DNA from: Candidatus Thorarchaeota archaeon
Lineage (GTDB): Archaea > Asgardarchaeota > Thorarchaeia > Thorarchaeales > Thorarchaeaceae
Reading direction: 5' to 3'
Assembly: GCA_963726195.1 (NCBI GenBank)
Contig: CAVSBO010000018.1
Location: 32,001-96,000 of the forward strand
DNA length: 64,000 nucleotides
Shown here: positions 10,223 to 20,771 of the stretch, piece by piece
How positions within the stretch are numbered: position 1 is the stretch's first letter
Layout of the letters: each line of letters begins with the position of its first letter
Position numbers and translations under genes: made by a program
Notes under the pieces: generated by a model
Told to the model about the DNA's origin: nothing
Seen by the model: the letters and a program-made list of their open reading frames with translations, nothing else
Database searches by the model: none

Positions 10223-11236
10223 GTGTCCATCATGCGAGGTTTCTCCCCAAAAGCCGGCATATCACCCGGATGCTTTCGGACGATATGCTTATGTGAGCAA
10301 ATTCCATCAATACACCTTGAGGGTGTACGCTCGGTGGCTCAGAGCACTTCGGAGGTCGTGATCACCTTTAGCCTATTGGGCATGCTAATAATGGTATACG
10401 GCACTGCAATAATGCTGTCTGCTCTAATGCCTGAATACTCCCAATCCGCTGTCAGCCTATTGAGCGTGCTAATCGCAGGATTTGGCATCGCAGTGATGAT
10501 GTTGAAACTGGGTTACAGAGAAAAGGCAGATATCGTTAGAAGAAGACTGCTAATCAAAGCGGGTCTTGATCTTTGTGGCCTCATGATTATTGTGACTCCA
10601 CTTTCATTGTACGGGTACTGGGCACTCCCGGTCCCCGCTCCACCATCCTGGGAGCAGTGGCTAGAATCTTGGACAGCATCTTGGTCCTATATGAGGTGGG
10701 ACGAACTTCTGATACTGGCGCTATCACCCGCACTTGGAGGGCTCGTTATTGAGCGAGCACGGTCATCAGCATATCTTCAGGGTAAGCGTTCGATGACCCA
10801 GAGTACTTTGGAAGTTGTGCTCACTCTTAGCCTCATGAGCGTGCTAGTGGTTGGATTCGGCGCCGCAATACTGCAGTCGGCAGACACTCCGAATTTCATG
10901 GGCGCCGTGAGCGTCGTGGGCCTGCTGTTGGTGGGACTAGCCATTGCAGTACTCCTGTTGGCACTGAGTCGCAGAGATGGACCAGACATCGCCAAGAGAA
11001 GACTGTTAATCAAAGCGGGTCTTGTTCTTTGTGGCCTCATGATTATTGTGACTCCACTTTCATTGTTCGAGTATTGGGCATTGAGGATTTACCCCGTATA
11101 CTCTGGGTGGACAGACTTTGGGCTTGTGGGGGCTCGGATGACATGGTTCAACTGTTTAGTACTGGCAGCGTTTGCCACACTTGGAGGGGTCATTATTCAG
11201 CGCGCGATGTCTAGGCAGTACGAGGCCGGGTCGTGA
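10223..11236 (+). CDS. Paralogous two-repeat multi-pass membrane protein (likely start GTG 10334)
   Basis: Same repeat (DIxxRRLLIKAGLxLCGLMIIVTPLSL) twice, with DNA-level similarity to the preceding gene. Confidence 0.8.
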   Translation: MSIMRGFSPKAGISPGCFRTICLCEQIPSIHLEGVRSVAQSTSEVVITFSLLGMLIMVYGTAIMLSALMPEYSQSAVSLLSVLIAGFGIAVMMLKLGYREKADIVRRRLLIKAGLDLCGLMIIVTPLSLYGYWALPVPAPPSWEQWLESWTASWSYMRWDELLILALSPALGGLVIERARSSAYLQGKRSMTQSTLEVVLTLSLMSVLVVGFGAAILQSADTPNFMGAVSVVGLLLVGLAIAVLLLALSRRDGPDIAKRRLLIKAGLVLCGLMIIVTPLSLFEYWALRIYPVYSGWTDFGLVGARMTWFNCLVLAAFATLGGVIIQRAMSRQYEAGS

Positions 11237-11666
11237 ATCGTTACTGAATGCCAATTCCCCTTTGTGACCCTGCTAGATTCGTCGGCTAGACCTTAGTCAC
11301 ATGTGCCTCTTCTTATCTCACACCCAAGATCTCGCTAGTTCCAGAATGTGAGCAGTCCAGCTGCACACGCGCGAAACAGCGAACATCTAATTCTGCTGCT
11401 GATAACTGCTACCTTGCCGACAGTATGGCGGGACATCACACAATGAAAAGCAAGTTGCTATAGACACATGCTAGGTAATGCATAATGAGTTGTGTGAGTG
11501 GCACGAAAGACCAGAAGGTAACAAGTCGGCTCTGATATGGCCGGCTCTAGCCAGACGGCAGGAACAACGGAGGGAGTCGGTGGTGTATTCCGCTATGTCA
11601 ATGTGGCTTTCCAGACACAGACTGAGGCTCCCTCCGTCAGTTTCTGACAGCAAATCACGAGGTGCT

Positions 11667-14081
11667 TTACCCTCCTCGCCATCTGTGCTGTGACCAATGG
11701 TGCTGGCAGTAATAGGGGTACTGCCACAGAAACGTATATTGCATGGCGCAGTACGAGTTGATGCATGGCGCCTCCGTCCATACGTATGCATACACCCACC
11801 AGTCTACGATTCCAAGGTGATGACCGAACTCGTGCATCAGAAGCGACCTTCGCCATCCGGCACCACCAGGACTTGGGATGCGGTCATCTAGCACGAATAT
11901 GCCATAGCACGTATTGATGGGCCAAGGTCGCCCGTCCTGGAGTTTTGAATAATAGCCCGAGGGCCAGTGGATAGCTTAGTACCCTCCTGAATATTCGGCC
12001 CCAAGAACAAGTGGCCATAGAGCACCCATTCCCATTTCGGATCATTACTGTGTCCACGATAGGTGTTATAGTAGGTCCAGTAGTCTGTGTCAGGCACGAC
12101 TAACCCGTTTTCAACCTTGGCCAATAGGAATTGCTGTTTGTAAGTTACCTGTTGGTCCAGATAGAACTCGACTCTGTCATACCCCAGGTTTATGTAATAG
12201 GATGTGAGATAGTTCAAGTCGTCCTGATTAGGAACTGATTTGAGTTCTGCCATGTAGTCGATCTCAACTCCAGCGCGAAAGTAGCTGGCTCTGTTTATGG
12301 TGAGGATTTTTCCCCATTCCTTCCACCCACCGTATTCAAGCTCCAACTTGACTTCATGAGTAGAACCGTCTGAGTAATTCCCTAGTTCCCATTGCCACGC
12401 CCCGTCTCCACCGGGGCCGTTGTCTGCCTTGAGTTGACCGTCAACGTAGACCCTAAGAAACCTTGGGTATGTGTCTTGATCGGATTCCATCTTCAGATTG
12501 ATGTGAGAATCTGTTCCTAGGATTGCTCGATAGGTCAGCCACGACTTCTGTCCTTGTTGGGGGAAGTACTCGCCTAGGATCTGAAGCGGTTCACCAAACC
12601 ACCGCTCTGGATAGAAATACACCAGTTTCCAGCCCTTTTCTACGTTCGCGCCCCAGTTAATCTGAAGTATCACTTTCCTAGTATTGAGCAGTGGATAGTT
12701 GACTCTTATTCCCCCATCGAAGCCCGCTGCTACTGTGATTACGTTCTGATAAACCATGGTGTCATCAACGTAAACTGTGAGGAATCGATCGATAGTGTCC
12801 TGATCGGCAACAATATGTATCTTAAGAGTCCAGTATTGGTCTGGGTTCGGATTGCTAACCTTGAAGTACAGACGGGAGTAATCCATTCTCGGGAACCAGT
12901 GTCCCTCCATTGCTGGAGTGAGGTAGTGAGCCATGAACCCAGTGTAAGACGACGACCTGTCCGTGAGTTTGATGTAGTCAATGAACTTGGAATCGTATCG
13001 AAGATCCTGATAGTTATCGAAATAGACGGCCACGTAGCGGGCAACACGGTCAAGTTCGTATTCCGGCGGATTCGTGGCCAGTGTCCAAGACCGACCGGGC
13101 ACGGTGGCCTTTATTGCGTCCGCATCCTTGTCGTACCACATTCGAAGCGTCCCGCTCCAACTGCCCGTCTTCTGTTCCGATTGATAAACTGCGGCAGCCC
13201 CAAGAGGGTAGTAGGCTACATAGGCATAGCTCGTCGATGAGTACCAAGCGTCCAGTATCCATACTTGGTACATGAGGCTCTTGTTCGCGTCGTATACTAC
13301 CACTCCAGCGTCCCCCGTCTTCTGGTCGACCCAGTCTTGCATGAGTACCGCTTGAAGGTCAAGCCCTTCTCCAATCTGGCCGGAGGACAAGTAGCCTTCC
13401 AAGTTTCTTGTCCACATTGCCCCGTGCGTATATCCTGAGTGGGGCGGTATGTCCCCGCTTTCAAAGCATGTGCCCCCTGACACAGTGAGGGATATGCCTG
13501 GTTGGAGTTCACTGAAAGGAAGCTGACCCGTCGGCCATGAAGTTACGGGAGCCCAAGGTTGCGTGGAGGTGCAATGGTCCTCCAATAGCGTCGTCACAAA
13601 ATCGTTTCCATAGTCGCCGTACCCGGTTGTGGCTGGCGTTGCCGTTGAGGAGCTGTTTCCATCTATTGGAGGAACGACCGAGGCAGTGACCAAACTAGGA
13701 AAACTCGGAGGGTCAACTGCGGGCCAGTCAATGGTCTTGTTATCCCTGACGAGTCTGGCTTGCTGTTCATCCTGAGTATTCCAATTCGTGTTGGCAAAGT
13801 CATAAATCGTTGCAGCAGTCGGTGGGAGTTCGGTTTTGTTTCCCGCACCAAGTTCGGTTGTCAGCAGCTCCGAAATGGAGTCTGCGTTTTCAGAGTCCTG
13901 CATTGCTGTGCTGCACTGATACGTCGATGTCAGAGTATTTGCAGATGCGGTTTTGTATGCTGACGTGACTTGGTTCTCTCCTGAGTCACTACCAACAGGT
14001 AGACCCGCAACAGGAAGAGGATCTCAGGAAGCAGAATACAATCAAGACACTGACTAAAGCATATACAAGTCGCCTGTACAT
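11667..14081 (-). CDS. Large secreted beta-rich protein with C-terminal zincin (HExxH) domain, two apparent frameshifts
   Basis: Signal-like MYRRLVYALVSVLIVFCFL from ATG 14081 shifts into the 671-aa frame. The C-terminal frame 11667-11894 has LLMHEFGHHLG followed by CINSYCAM (Met-turn-like). Confidence 0.7.
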
Positions 14082-14299
14082 TATCACTGACCCCTCTCGA
14101 GCATGAACGACTCCGCGCCGCCTTAGAATACAAGGCAGGCGTTATTTATGAGTTCCGACAAATTGATGGTCATCCTCCTTGAGGGCGAAAACAGCACCTT
14201 GACCTTTCATGAACATCCACCATTCATTTCTTCATTGTCTTGTTCTTGCCCGAAGTTCGGCAATAGTCGAAATACTTATCTCGCAAGCGTCGTAGTCAG

Positions 14300-15034
14300 T
14301 TGGGCGAAATGTCGGCTCAAGCGTCTGTCCGGGAGCAGCTCGCACGTCGGATGGCTGGCGAGATTGCCCTATCTGATCACCCCGGACAGGCAATGAGAGT
14401 CTGGCGAGAGCGTTTCAGGCTCCCTCAGATTGTGCTGGCTGAGTTCATCGGAATAAGCCCCAGCGTGATCAGTGACTATGAGTCTGGTCGACGCAAGTCT
14501 CCCGGCACCTCCACCATAAGACGGTTCGTGATGGCTCTCCTTACTCTCGACGAACGGAATGGTGGTCAGGTCGTTTCAGGTTTCGCACGCTTGATGGATG
14601 TCAGCCTTGTCGATCTCAATATCGTTCTTGCAATGAGCGAGTTCTCTTCTCCCATGACCTGCAGTGAATTCTGCAAGAAACTGAAGTGTGATGTTCTAGC
14701 AGGAAAAGACCTGATGGGCAGGCAAATCTACGGTTACACACTCGTTGACATAGAGCGGGCAGTAAGAGAGTTAAGCACTGAAGCATTCCTCAAGTTGTTC
14801 GGGGCTACAACCGAACGTTGTCTCATATTCACGAAAGTATCGACTGGCCGTGCGCCCATGATAGCGATAAAGTCTCAAGAATTCAAGCCAACACTCGTGA
14901 TATTTCACGGGGTTCCCGATGCTGACCGCTTGGCGGTTGAACTCTCAGAACAGATGAAAATACCTCTAGCTGTAACAAGAATCAGTTTGCTGGACAATCT
15001 CATCAAAGAGCTACATGACATCAAACCCAGTTAG
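14300..15034 (+). CDS. Conserved archaeal XRE-family HTH transcriptional regulator (COG1709-like)
   Basis: MAGEIALSDHPG...SPSVISDYESGRRKSPG and VSTGRAPMIAIK. Confidence 0.88.
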   Translation: MGEMSAQASVREQLARRMAGEIALSDHPGQAMRVWRERFRLPQIVLAEFIGISPSVISDYESGRRKSPGTSTIRRFVMALLTLDERNGGQVVSGFARLMDVSLVDLNIVLAMSEFSSPMTCSEFCKKLKCDVLAGKDLMGRQIYGYTLVDIERAVRELSTEAFLKLFGATTERCLIFTKVSTGRAPMIAIKSQEFKPTLVIFHGVPDADRLAVELSEQMKIPLAVTRISLLDNLIKELHDIKPS

Positions 15035-15945
15035 CCGAGTATCAGTCTCAGAAGCGCCATTCTTGTGATAACGCCATTGTAGACTTGGTCAAAGTATTTG
15101 GCCTGAGGCGTCTTGTCCACTTCCTGTTCTATCTCATCAACTCTCGGCAATGGGTGCAGAATGATTGCGTCCTGACGCATTAGGCTCACATCTTGAAGTC
15201 TAAGTTTGAACTTGCCCTTCACAGCATCGTAATCACGAGAGTCTGGAAACCTCTCCTTCTGGATGCGTGTCATGTACACGACATCGACATCCTTCACGCC
15301 CTCTTCAAGTGTGTCAACTTCAGTAACATGAAGTCCAGCTTTCTTCATCTCGTCGATTATCGCAGGTTTCATCCTCAACTCTGGGGGTGCTGCTAGCTTA
15401 ACGGTCACATCATAATGCGAGAGGGCCATACCCAGTGAGTGGACTGTGCGGCCATATTTGAGATCGCCACATAGAGAGATAGAGATTCCATCGATTTTTC
15501 CCTTGAGCTTCCTGATTGAATACAGGTCGAGCAAGGCCTGTGTCGGGTGCTCTTCTGAGCCACTGCCAGCATTGATAACGGGGATGCGTGAGAATTCTGC
15601 TGCTACTCTTGCAGACCCGTCGAGGTTGTGTCGTATGACTATGACGTCAGCGTAACGTTCCACCGTGCGAATCGTGTCGGTAAGGGTCTCTCCCTTTCCA
15701 CCCGCACTGGAGGTCGCTACGTCAGCAAACCCGAGAACACTGCCCCCAAGTCTAATCATTGCGCTCTCAAAGGAGAGTCTTGTACGGGTTGAGGGCTCAA
15801 AGAACAAGCAGGCCATTATCTTTCCTTCGAGTTCCTTGCTCCGCTTGACTGCGACTGACTCCATCTTGGCGGACGTATCGAGTATTAGGTCAATATCCTC
15901 TCTTGTCAGGTCCTGAATGCTGATTAAATTGCGGAGACGGCCCAT
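15031..15945 (-). CDS. pyrB: Aspartate carbamoyltransferase catalytic subunit
   Basis: FFEPSTRTRLSF, HPTQALLD, GDLKYGRTVHSL, HPLPR. Confidence 0.98.
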   Translation of the reverse strand: MGRLRNLISIQDLTREDIDLILDTSAKMESVAVKRSKELEGKIMACLFFEPSTRTRLSFESAMIRLGGSVLGFADVATSSAGGKGETLTDTIRTVERYADVIVIRHNLDGSARVAAEFSRIPVINAGSGSEEHPTQALLDLYSIRKLKGKIDGISISLCGDLKYGRTVHSLGMALSHYDVTVKLAAPPELRMKPAIIDEMKKAGLHVTEVDTLEEGVKDVDVVYMTRIQKERFPDSRDYDAVKGKFKLRLQDVSLMRQDAIILHPLPRVDEIEQEVDKTPQAKYFDQVYNGVITRMALLRLILG

Positions 15946-16028
15946 CTCATGTCACTTCTCAAGTATCTGGGCCAAAACATGAGTGGCCCACATTTTAAGG
16001 TTTCCAGCGATACTCGACCAAGTCCGAC

Positions 16029-16508
16029 CTATGCCTTTGCAGCATTCCGACCATAGTTTCTTTTGATGTGTAGTTGTCGCACTACGATGCCGGCTTCCTC
16101 CGCGAGCTGGGCTGCCAGTTCGTCTTCATACTCTTCGATATACACTATCTCGACAATGCCGGCATTGATGAGCATCTTTATGCATATGCTACAGGGTCTG
16201 GTCGTACAGTACATGCTGGCACCTCTGACGCTGATTCCATGGTATGCTGCTTGGATTATCGCGTTTTGTTCTGCATGTAGTCCCCGACACAGTTCATGAC
16301 GTTCTCCAGGTTTGACCTTCAGTTTTTCTCTGATACACCCTATGTCTTCGCAGTGCGTCAGACCTTTTGGTGCTCCATTGTAACCTGTTGACAGAATCTG
16401 TGATTCCTTTACGACTACCGCGCCAACCTGATTTCTCAGGCACGTGCTTCGTGATGATACAAGATCAGCAATTTCTGCAAAGTATTCATCTTTGCTCTTT
16501 CTGGGCAA
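16029..16508 (-). CDS. dCMP deaminase / ComEB-family cytidine deaminase
   Basis: HAEQNAI and PCSIC zinc motifs, TGYNGAP. Confidence 0.93.
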   Translation of the reverse strand: MPRKSKDEYFAEIADLVSSRSTCLRNQVGAVVVKESQILSTGYNGAPKGLTHCEDIGCIREKLKVKPGERHELCRGLHAEQNAIIQAAYHGISVRGASMYCTTRPCSICIKMLINAGIVEIVYIEEYEDELAAQLAEEAGIVVRQLHIKRNYGRNAAKA

Positions 16509-16611
16509 TGTTGGTCGGTCTCCAAGTCATGAGCTGCCCAATCGGCCATCTCGAAACTTATGAAGCTCGTGATTATGAGTCGTCGGGACATGGGCTCCTG
16601 CGTCTCAAACA

Positions 16612-17043
16612 ATGGCAAAGGTAAAAAAGACCACCCGCCTCTTGTCGGGGGACCTTGTCCGCCTACGACCAAATGGGAGTGACACAGCTGTGAGAAAACG
16701 CAAGGGTGCAATAAGGGTCTGGCCAGCATACCTCGACTCGAATCTGTCTAGAGGACAGGGTCGTAGGATTTCCATCAACCTAGCTGCACCGGATGTCACA
16801 ATTGATGTATTGGCGGAAGCTGCAGCAGCTGCAGGCCTTGAGTCTGAACTTGAAAACGACAAGCAGTACCCTCGGAACTGGTCGGGAATTGGTGGTTGTG
16901 TTGTCTTAAGTAACCCTGAAGGACACAAGAAGAAGCGGGTTCTTCTGATGCTCGCAAAGGGCGTCCGCAGAATCGTGGCCCAGCGGGAATCTGAAAGACA
17001 GGCTGCCGAAGCAAAGAAGGCAGGAAAGAAGCGGCGGAAGTAG
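16612..17043 (+). CDS. srp19: Signal recognition particle 19 kDa protein
   Basis: VWPAYLDSNLSRGQGRRI and KQYPRNW motifs. Confidence 0.92.
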   Translation: MAKVKKTTRLLSGDLVRLRPNGSDTAVRKRKGAIRVWPAYLDSNLSRGQGRRISINLAAPDVTIDVLAEAAAAAGLESELENDKQYPRNWSGIGGCVVLSNPEGHKKKRVLLMLAKGVRRIVAQRESERQAAEAKKAGKKRRK

Positions 17044-17070
17044 GCGCTAGTTACTGGAGCTGGTAATCAA

Positions 17071-17301
17071 TTGAGACGGCTTGGCAAGGTTCTGCATATT
17101 TCAAGACGTGGTGCCATTATTCTCCGGACAGAAAAGACTCCTCCAATAGGGGCTGAAGTGGTCAACAAGAGCGTTGAAGTAATCGGCACCATAGCAGACA
17201 TCTTTGGCCCAGTGAAGGAGCCTTACGTTGCGATTCGCGCTAAACAGGGTGTGGACACCACCAAGCTTGTCGGGCAACCTGTATACCTCTATAAGACGTA
17301 A
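17071..17301 (+). CDS. gar1: H/ACA RNP subunit Gar1/Naf1
   Basis: MRRLGKVLH...IGTIADIFGPVKEPYVAI. Confidence 0.92.
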   Translation: MRRLGKVLHISRRGAIILRTEKTPPIGAEVVNKSVEVIGTIADIFGPVKEPYVAIRAKQGVDTTKLVGQPVYLYKT

Positions 17302-17409
17302 TGTACACATTAGTACATCGATGTCATTTGCCTTACATCATTCATGGGCAAATGAGTGCAACATCCGAACACTTAATTTGGCATGGTGCAGTTACTTTGA
17401 TGTTATCTT

Positions 17410-17781
17410 GTGCCAACCCCAAAGGTCGTTTCAATGAGCAATGTATTTGACCTCGTCCGCAGTGCTCTCCAAGCAGCAGCTGGTTCGGGTGTCTTCCCTG
17501 AAGAATTGGCGCATAGGTTAGGCATCGAGTATCAAGTAGTAATAGAAGCCATTCAACACATGATATCTGAAGGAATAGCGATGGAAGAACAGCATGCAGA
17601 AAAGCCGCGATACTTCATCAAGGCAACAGAAGAAGAGGTCAGCCAACATCAATTGTCAGACCTAAATGGGTGCCCCTGTTTTCACTGCCTTAAGATAGAC
17701 AGATGCGGCGTCAGACAGCCAGATTCTCCAGTCATATGTAGGAGTTTAGAGGAGTGGGTCACGAGCTCCGAGTCCTCTTAG
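17410..17781 (+). CDS. Archaeal RPC34/C39-like protein (winged helix plus 4Fe-4S Cys cluster)
   Basis: N-terminal wHTH. C-terminal CPCFHCLKIDRC...PVICRSLEEW matches the RPC34-type FeS motif. Confidence 0.75.
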   Translation: MPTPKVVSMSNVFDLVRSALQAAAGSGVFPEELAHRLGIEYQVVIEAIQHMISEGIAMEEQHAEKPRYFIKATEEEVSQHQLSDLNGCPCFHCLKIDRCGVRQPDSPVICRSLEEWVTSSESS

Positions 17782-17786
17782 GACAT

Positions 17787-18413
17787 CTATTTGTTACTTC
17801 CCGTTCGCACAGGGGCTTCAGCTAGAACATAAATCTCAGCGCTTGCTCTTCTCGACGCTTCAGGCTTTACGAGCCTGACGAAGCGGAATCTCGCGCGCAG
17901 AGACTCCATGATCTCTTGGAAACCTCTTCCTTGGAAGACCTTGGCTAAGACCTTGCCCTTTGTGGTCAGGAGATCCGAAGCGATTTCGAATGTCTTTTCG
18001 ACAAGGAATAGTTGTCGAGCCACATCCATGTCCCAAGCTCCACTGACTTTGGGCGAACAATCTGATAGCACTAGGTCCACTCTTCCTCCTGTCAGACTCC
18101 TGATTGTCTCGAACGTTTTTGGCTCTGTAATATCTCCATGCAGAAACGTAACCCCGTCTATGGGAATCATTGATTCGATGTCGACTGCTACGATTGCTAG
18201 ACTACTATCGATTTCACGCAAAACCTGTGTCCACCCACCGGGGCAGCAGCATAGTTCCAGAACGACATTGACTCCTCTCAAGAGCTTGTACTTCGCTATG
18301 ACCTGTTTGAGCTTGTACGCTGACCTGCTACGATATCCGTGCTTCTTAGCGGCCCTGTAGTACTGCTCTCTCTTCCGTTCTTCCTGAGTTCTAACCATTC
18401 GCCTTGCACACAC
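17787..18413 (-). CDS. rlmE: 23S rRNA Um2552 2'-O-methyltransferase RlmE/FtsJ
   Basis: GYRSRSAYKL, xCxPGGW, SDCSP, KVFQG, KPEASR, EIYV. Confidence 0.93.
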   Translation of the reverse strand: MCARRMVRTQEERKREQYYRAAKKHGYRSRSAYKLKQVIAKYKLLRGVNVVLELCCCPGGWTQVLREIDSSLAIVAVDIESMIPIDGVTFLHGDITEPKTFETIRSLTGGRVDLVLSDCSPKVSGAWDMDVARQLFLVEKTFEIASDLLTTKGKVLAKVFQGRGFQEIMESLRARFRFVRLVKPEASRRASAEIYVLAEAPVRTGSNK

Positions 18414-19607
18414 CTAGTGTCGTCGAATCATTTCCACCAGTTCTCTAATGGGGGCCGTTGTTCGTATTGCTGTGGGCCTGAAGTGCGTTCTACTCACTTC
18501 GTAACCCGAATCTTTCAGGGTACTCATGACATCGGCAATGGATGGCGACTCAAGACCGTGCAGATCACAAAGTGCGTGAAGGTCCGTATAGATGTAATCA
18601 GTCAGGCTGCATTCCTCTATCATGGTTTCGAGCAGCTTGGGAACGCGCGAATGATACATGCTCGGGCTCTGCCCTAGAGCACGCTTTGCAGTTTCGAGTA
18701 TTGATAAATCATAGAGCTCGCCTATCCAGAGCGGACCGGCGAAGGAAATCCGGCCAGTGCAATCCGCTTTCTGGTGCTCGACCCCCTCTTTGATTGGGAG
18801 AAGTCCCAAGGGCAGGAATCGAGTGGCCATGCAACCCTGACAGTAGATGACATAGCCAATCTTCTTGGTCTGAGAATTGGAGTCCGTGCAGCTGGTCTTG
18901 GTCTCAAGCCAGACTCGTATGTAATGATCTGTACTCAACGAGGCCAATGGTTTGATTCCTGAGTCGTTCATGGCCGCAATGTTGAACGCACGCCCGATGA
19001 GCAGCCTAATGGCCATTTCATGGGAGAAGGGTGCTCTAATTGATAGCCCTCCATATTTCCTCAAGGCGATTCTTGGTTGAGCCCCACACAGGACCGGCAT
19101 GTCAGTTGCGGTCAGACCCAGAAGGGCTCCCCGAGGGTCAAGTGATTGTATGGCCGCAGTCATGTAGGGCGCGGGAGTGCCAAAGGGATCCACGTCAATG
19201 AAATCGAATCTCTTCCCGCGAGATTCTGTCAACAGCAAGACCTTTGCATCTCCCTTCTTTACTGCGACTCTCTCTTGAAATCCGAGCCGCCCAACATTCT
19301 TCTCTATCATTTCAACAGCGTATGGGTTTGCATCTGAAATGACGGCATGGAAGTCTCCTGAGCACTCATTGAGGTACCTCAAGGTTCTGACACCACACCC
19401 TGCGAGGGGTTCACAGATTTCCTGTAGAGGATTCCTCTCCATGTATGCCGACAGAAAGAGAACCGAGAGATCTCTGTTGATGCGCATACGCGGATTGTAG
19501 AAGACGGGCAAGTCTGTTTTCAACTGGCGCTGATTACCTGCATAGTGCTCCAAGTCAGCACTCAGGAATGTTGTTCTTCCTTCCGTGTATTCTCTCTCAA
19601 TAATCAT
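18414..19607 (-). CDS. trm1: tRNA (guanine26-N2)-dimethyltransferase
   Basis: VFYNPRMRINRDLS, DVDPFGTP, TATD, GPLWIG, SRTHF. Confidence 0.95.
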   Translation of the reverse strand: MIIEREYTEGRTTFLSADLEHYAGNQRQLKTDLPVFYNPRMRINRDLSVLFLSAYMERNPLQEICEPLAGCGVRTLRYLNECSGDFHAVISDANPYAVEMIEKNVGRLGFQERVAVKKGDAKVLLLTESRGKRFDFIDVDPFGTPAPYMTAAIQSLDPRGALLGLTATDMPVLCGAQPRIALRKYGGLSIRAPFSHEMAIRLLIGRAFNIAAMNDSGIKPLASLSTDHYIRVWLETKTSCTDSNSQTKKIGYVIYCQGCMATRFLPLGLLPIKEGVEHQKADCTGRISFAGPLWIGELYDLSILETAKRALGQSPSMYHSRVPKLLETMIEECSLTDYIYTDLHALCDLHGLESPSIADVMSTLKDSGYEVSRTHFRPTAIRTTAPIRELVEMIRRH

Positions 19608-19626
19608 GGGCAGGCAACCACAGCCT

Positions 19627-19729
19627 TTGGTCTGCTAATAAGCCGATAGGGTTGCCCGATACAGGGATACTCCGCCGTGGATGCGACCCCATGCCTATCC
19701 GGTTTGTTCGTCCCCTGTGTTCAGACCAA
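19627..19729 (+). ncRNA. Candidate structured RNA with pseudoknot (unassigned)
   Basis: Nested complementary segments TTGGTCTG/CAGACCAA, ATAAGCCG-ATAGG/CCTAT-C-CGGTTTGT and GTTGC/GCGAC, plus crossing ATACAGGG/CCCTGTGT. G-U pairs favour the + strand. Confidence 0.4.
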
Positions 19730-19806
19730 TCGTTCTTGGCAGTATCCAGAACAGATATGTGTGCTTCAGAGGTTAAGGATTAGCCATTGCACGTGGAGAG
19801 AACCTC

Positions 19807-20698
19807 ATGAGATTCGGACTACAGCCACTTGATTTTCAGCCCATTGTTGGACAGATACTCGTGAACGGTGTACCGGACTTTTCGAGATTCACAATCGACA
19901 ATCTCGTCCGTCTGGCGCTTAAGATGGGTCACATGAGGGCGGTCGAGGTGACAATGGATATTGAACGTTTGGTACCGGGCTCACTCACTCCGGAGTCTGT
20001 CGCGAAGTTAGCAAATCTCAAGGAGGAACTTGGGAATGCGTTCACGGTTCATCTTCCTTTCTACTCGCTCGAACTGGCGAGTTTCAATGAGCACATACGG
20101 CAGGCTAGCGTCGAGACCGTAGTGAGAGCAATAGAGCTGGCTGCGCCCCTTGAGCCGGAGGCATACGTGCTGCATACTACCGGTTCATTGGCTGCAGAGT
20201 TCTCGCGGCTCACTCTCGCAGAAGACATGGTGACTCTGATCTGTCAGCTACATGAGCATATTCGCCGCACGCAGTTTGGAGGAGATTCTTACAAGAAGCG
20301 AAATCGACCCGAGGAAGATTGCAGTCGAGAATGTGGAATTTCCGTTCGAGATTACGCATGAGCTTGTTGAACAGTACAACACGAGCATATGCTTTGACAC
20401 GGGTCATCTGCTGACCCACTACTCAGGAACCGAGTCTGTCATAGAGTTCTACAGACAGCATCGAGACAGAATAGTGGAAATTCATCTTCACGATGGCAGT
20501 TATGAGAAACGGGATGATGTCGTGGTTCACAGAGACCATATTCCACTTGGGCGCGGCGTGATGCCAGTTAGGGATTTTCTAAGAGAGCTGCTCAAGAGTA
20601 AGTTCAACGGTCCGATTATCTTCGAGCTGAGCAATGACGAAATCAAGGAATCGTTGGACTACATGCGTAAAGTTGTCCCTGAGGTATTGGCTCGATAG
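19807..20698 (+). CDS. Xylose-isomerase-like/AP-endonuclease-2 TIM-barrel metalloenzyme (CbiR-like), frameshift near 20250
   Basis: TVHLPF, YVLH, VENV, CFDTGH, EIHLHD, DHIPLG and IIFE metal-binding motifs spread across two frames. Confidence 0.8.
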
Positions 20699-20771
20699 AA
20701 GCCCTGTGGTCATAACGTTTAAATCACAGTCAAAGGTGTAGCCGTTTGAGAGCCTCAGTTCTCAAAAAGCT

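Noticed and set aside
8853-14150. Integrated element with att sites at tRNA-Pro
   Set aside because: No integrase and no duplicated tRNA 3' end were found. Kept only as a possible variable region.
16029-16508. Deaminase as the tRNA C55 editing enzyme
   Set aside because: The sequence is a typical ComEB/dCMP deaminase with no RNA-binding domain, and nothing links it to the tRNAs.
19627-19800. Cobalamin riboswitch, 5S rRNA or H/ACA sRNA identity for the structured element
   Set aside because: No B12-box/GGGAA...ACUG motifs, no 5S conserved loops, and no ACA tail or K-turn seen.
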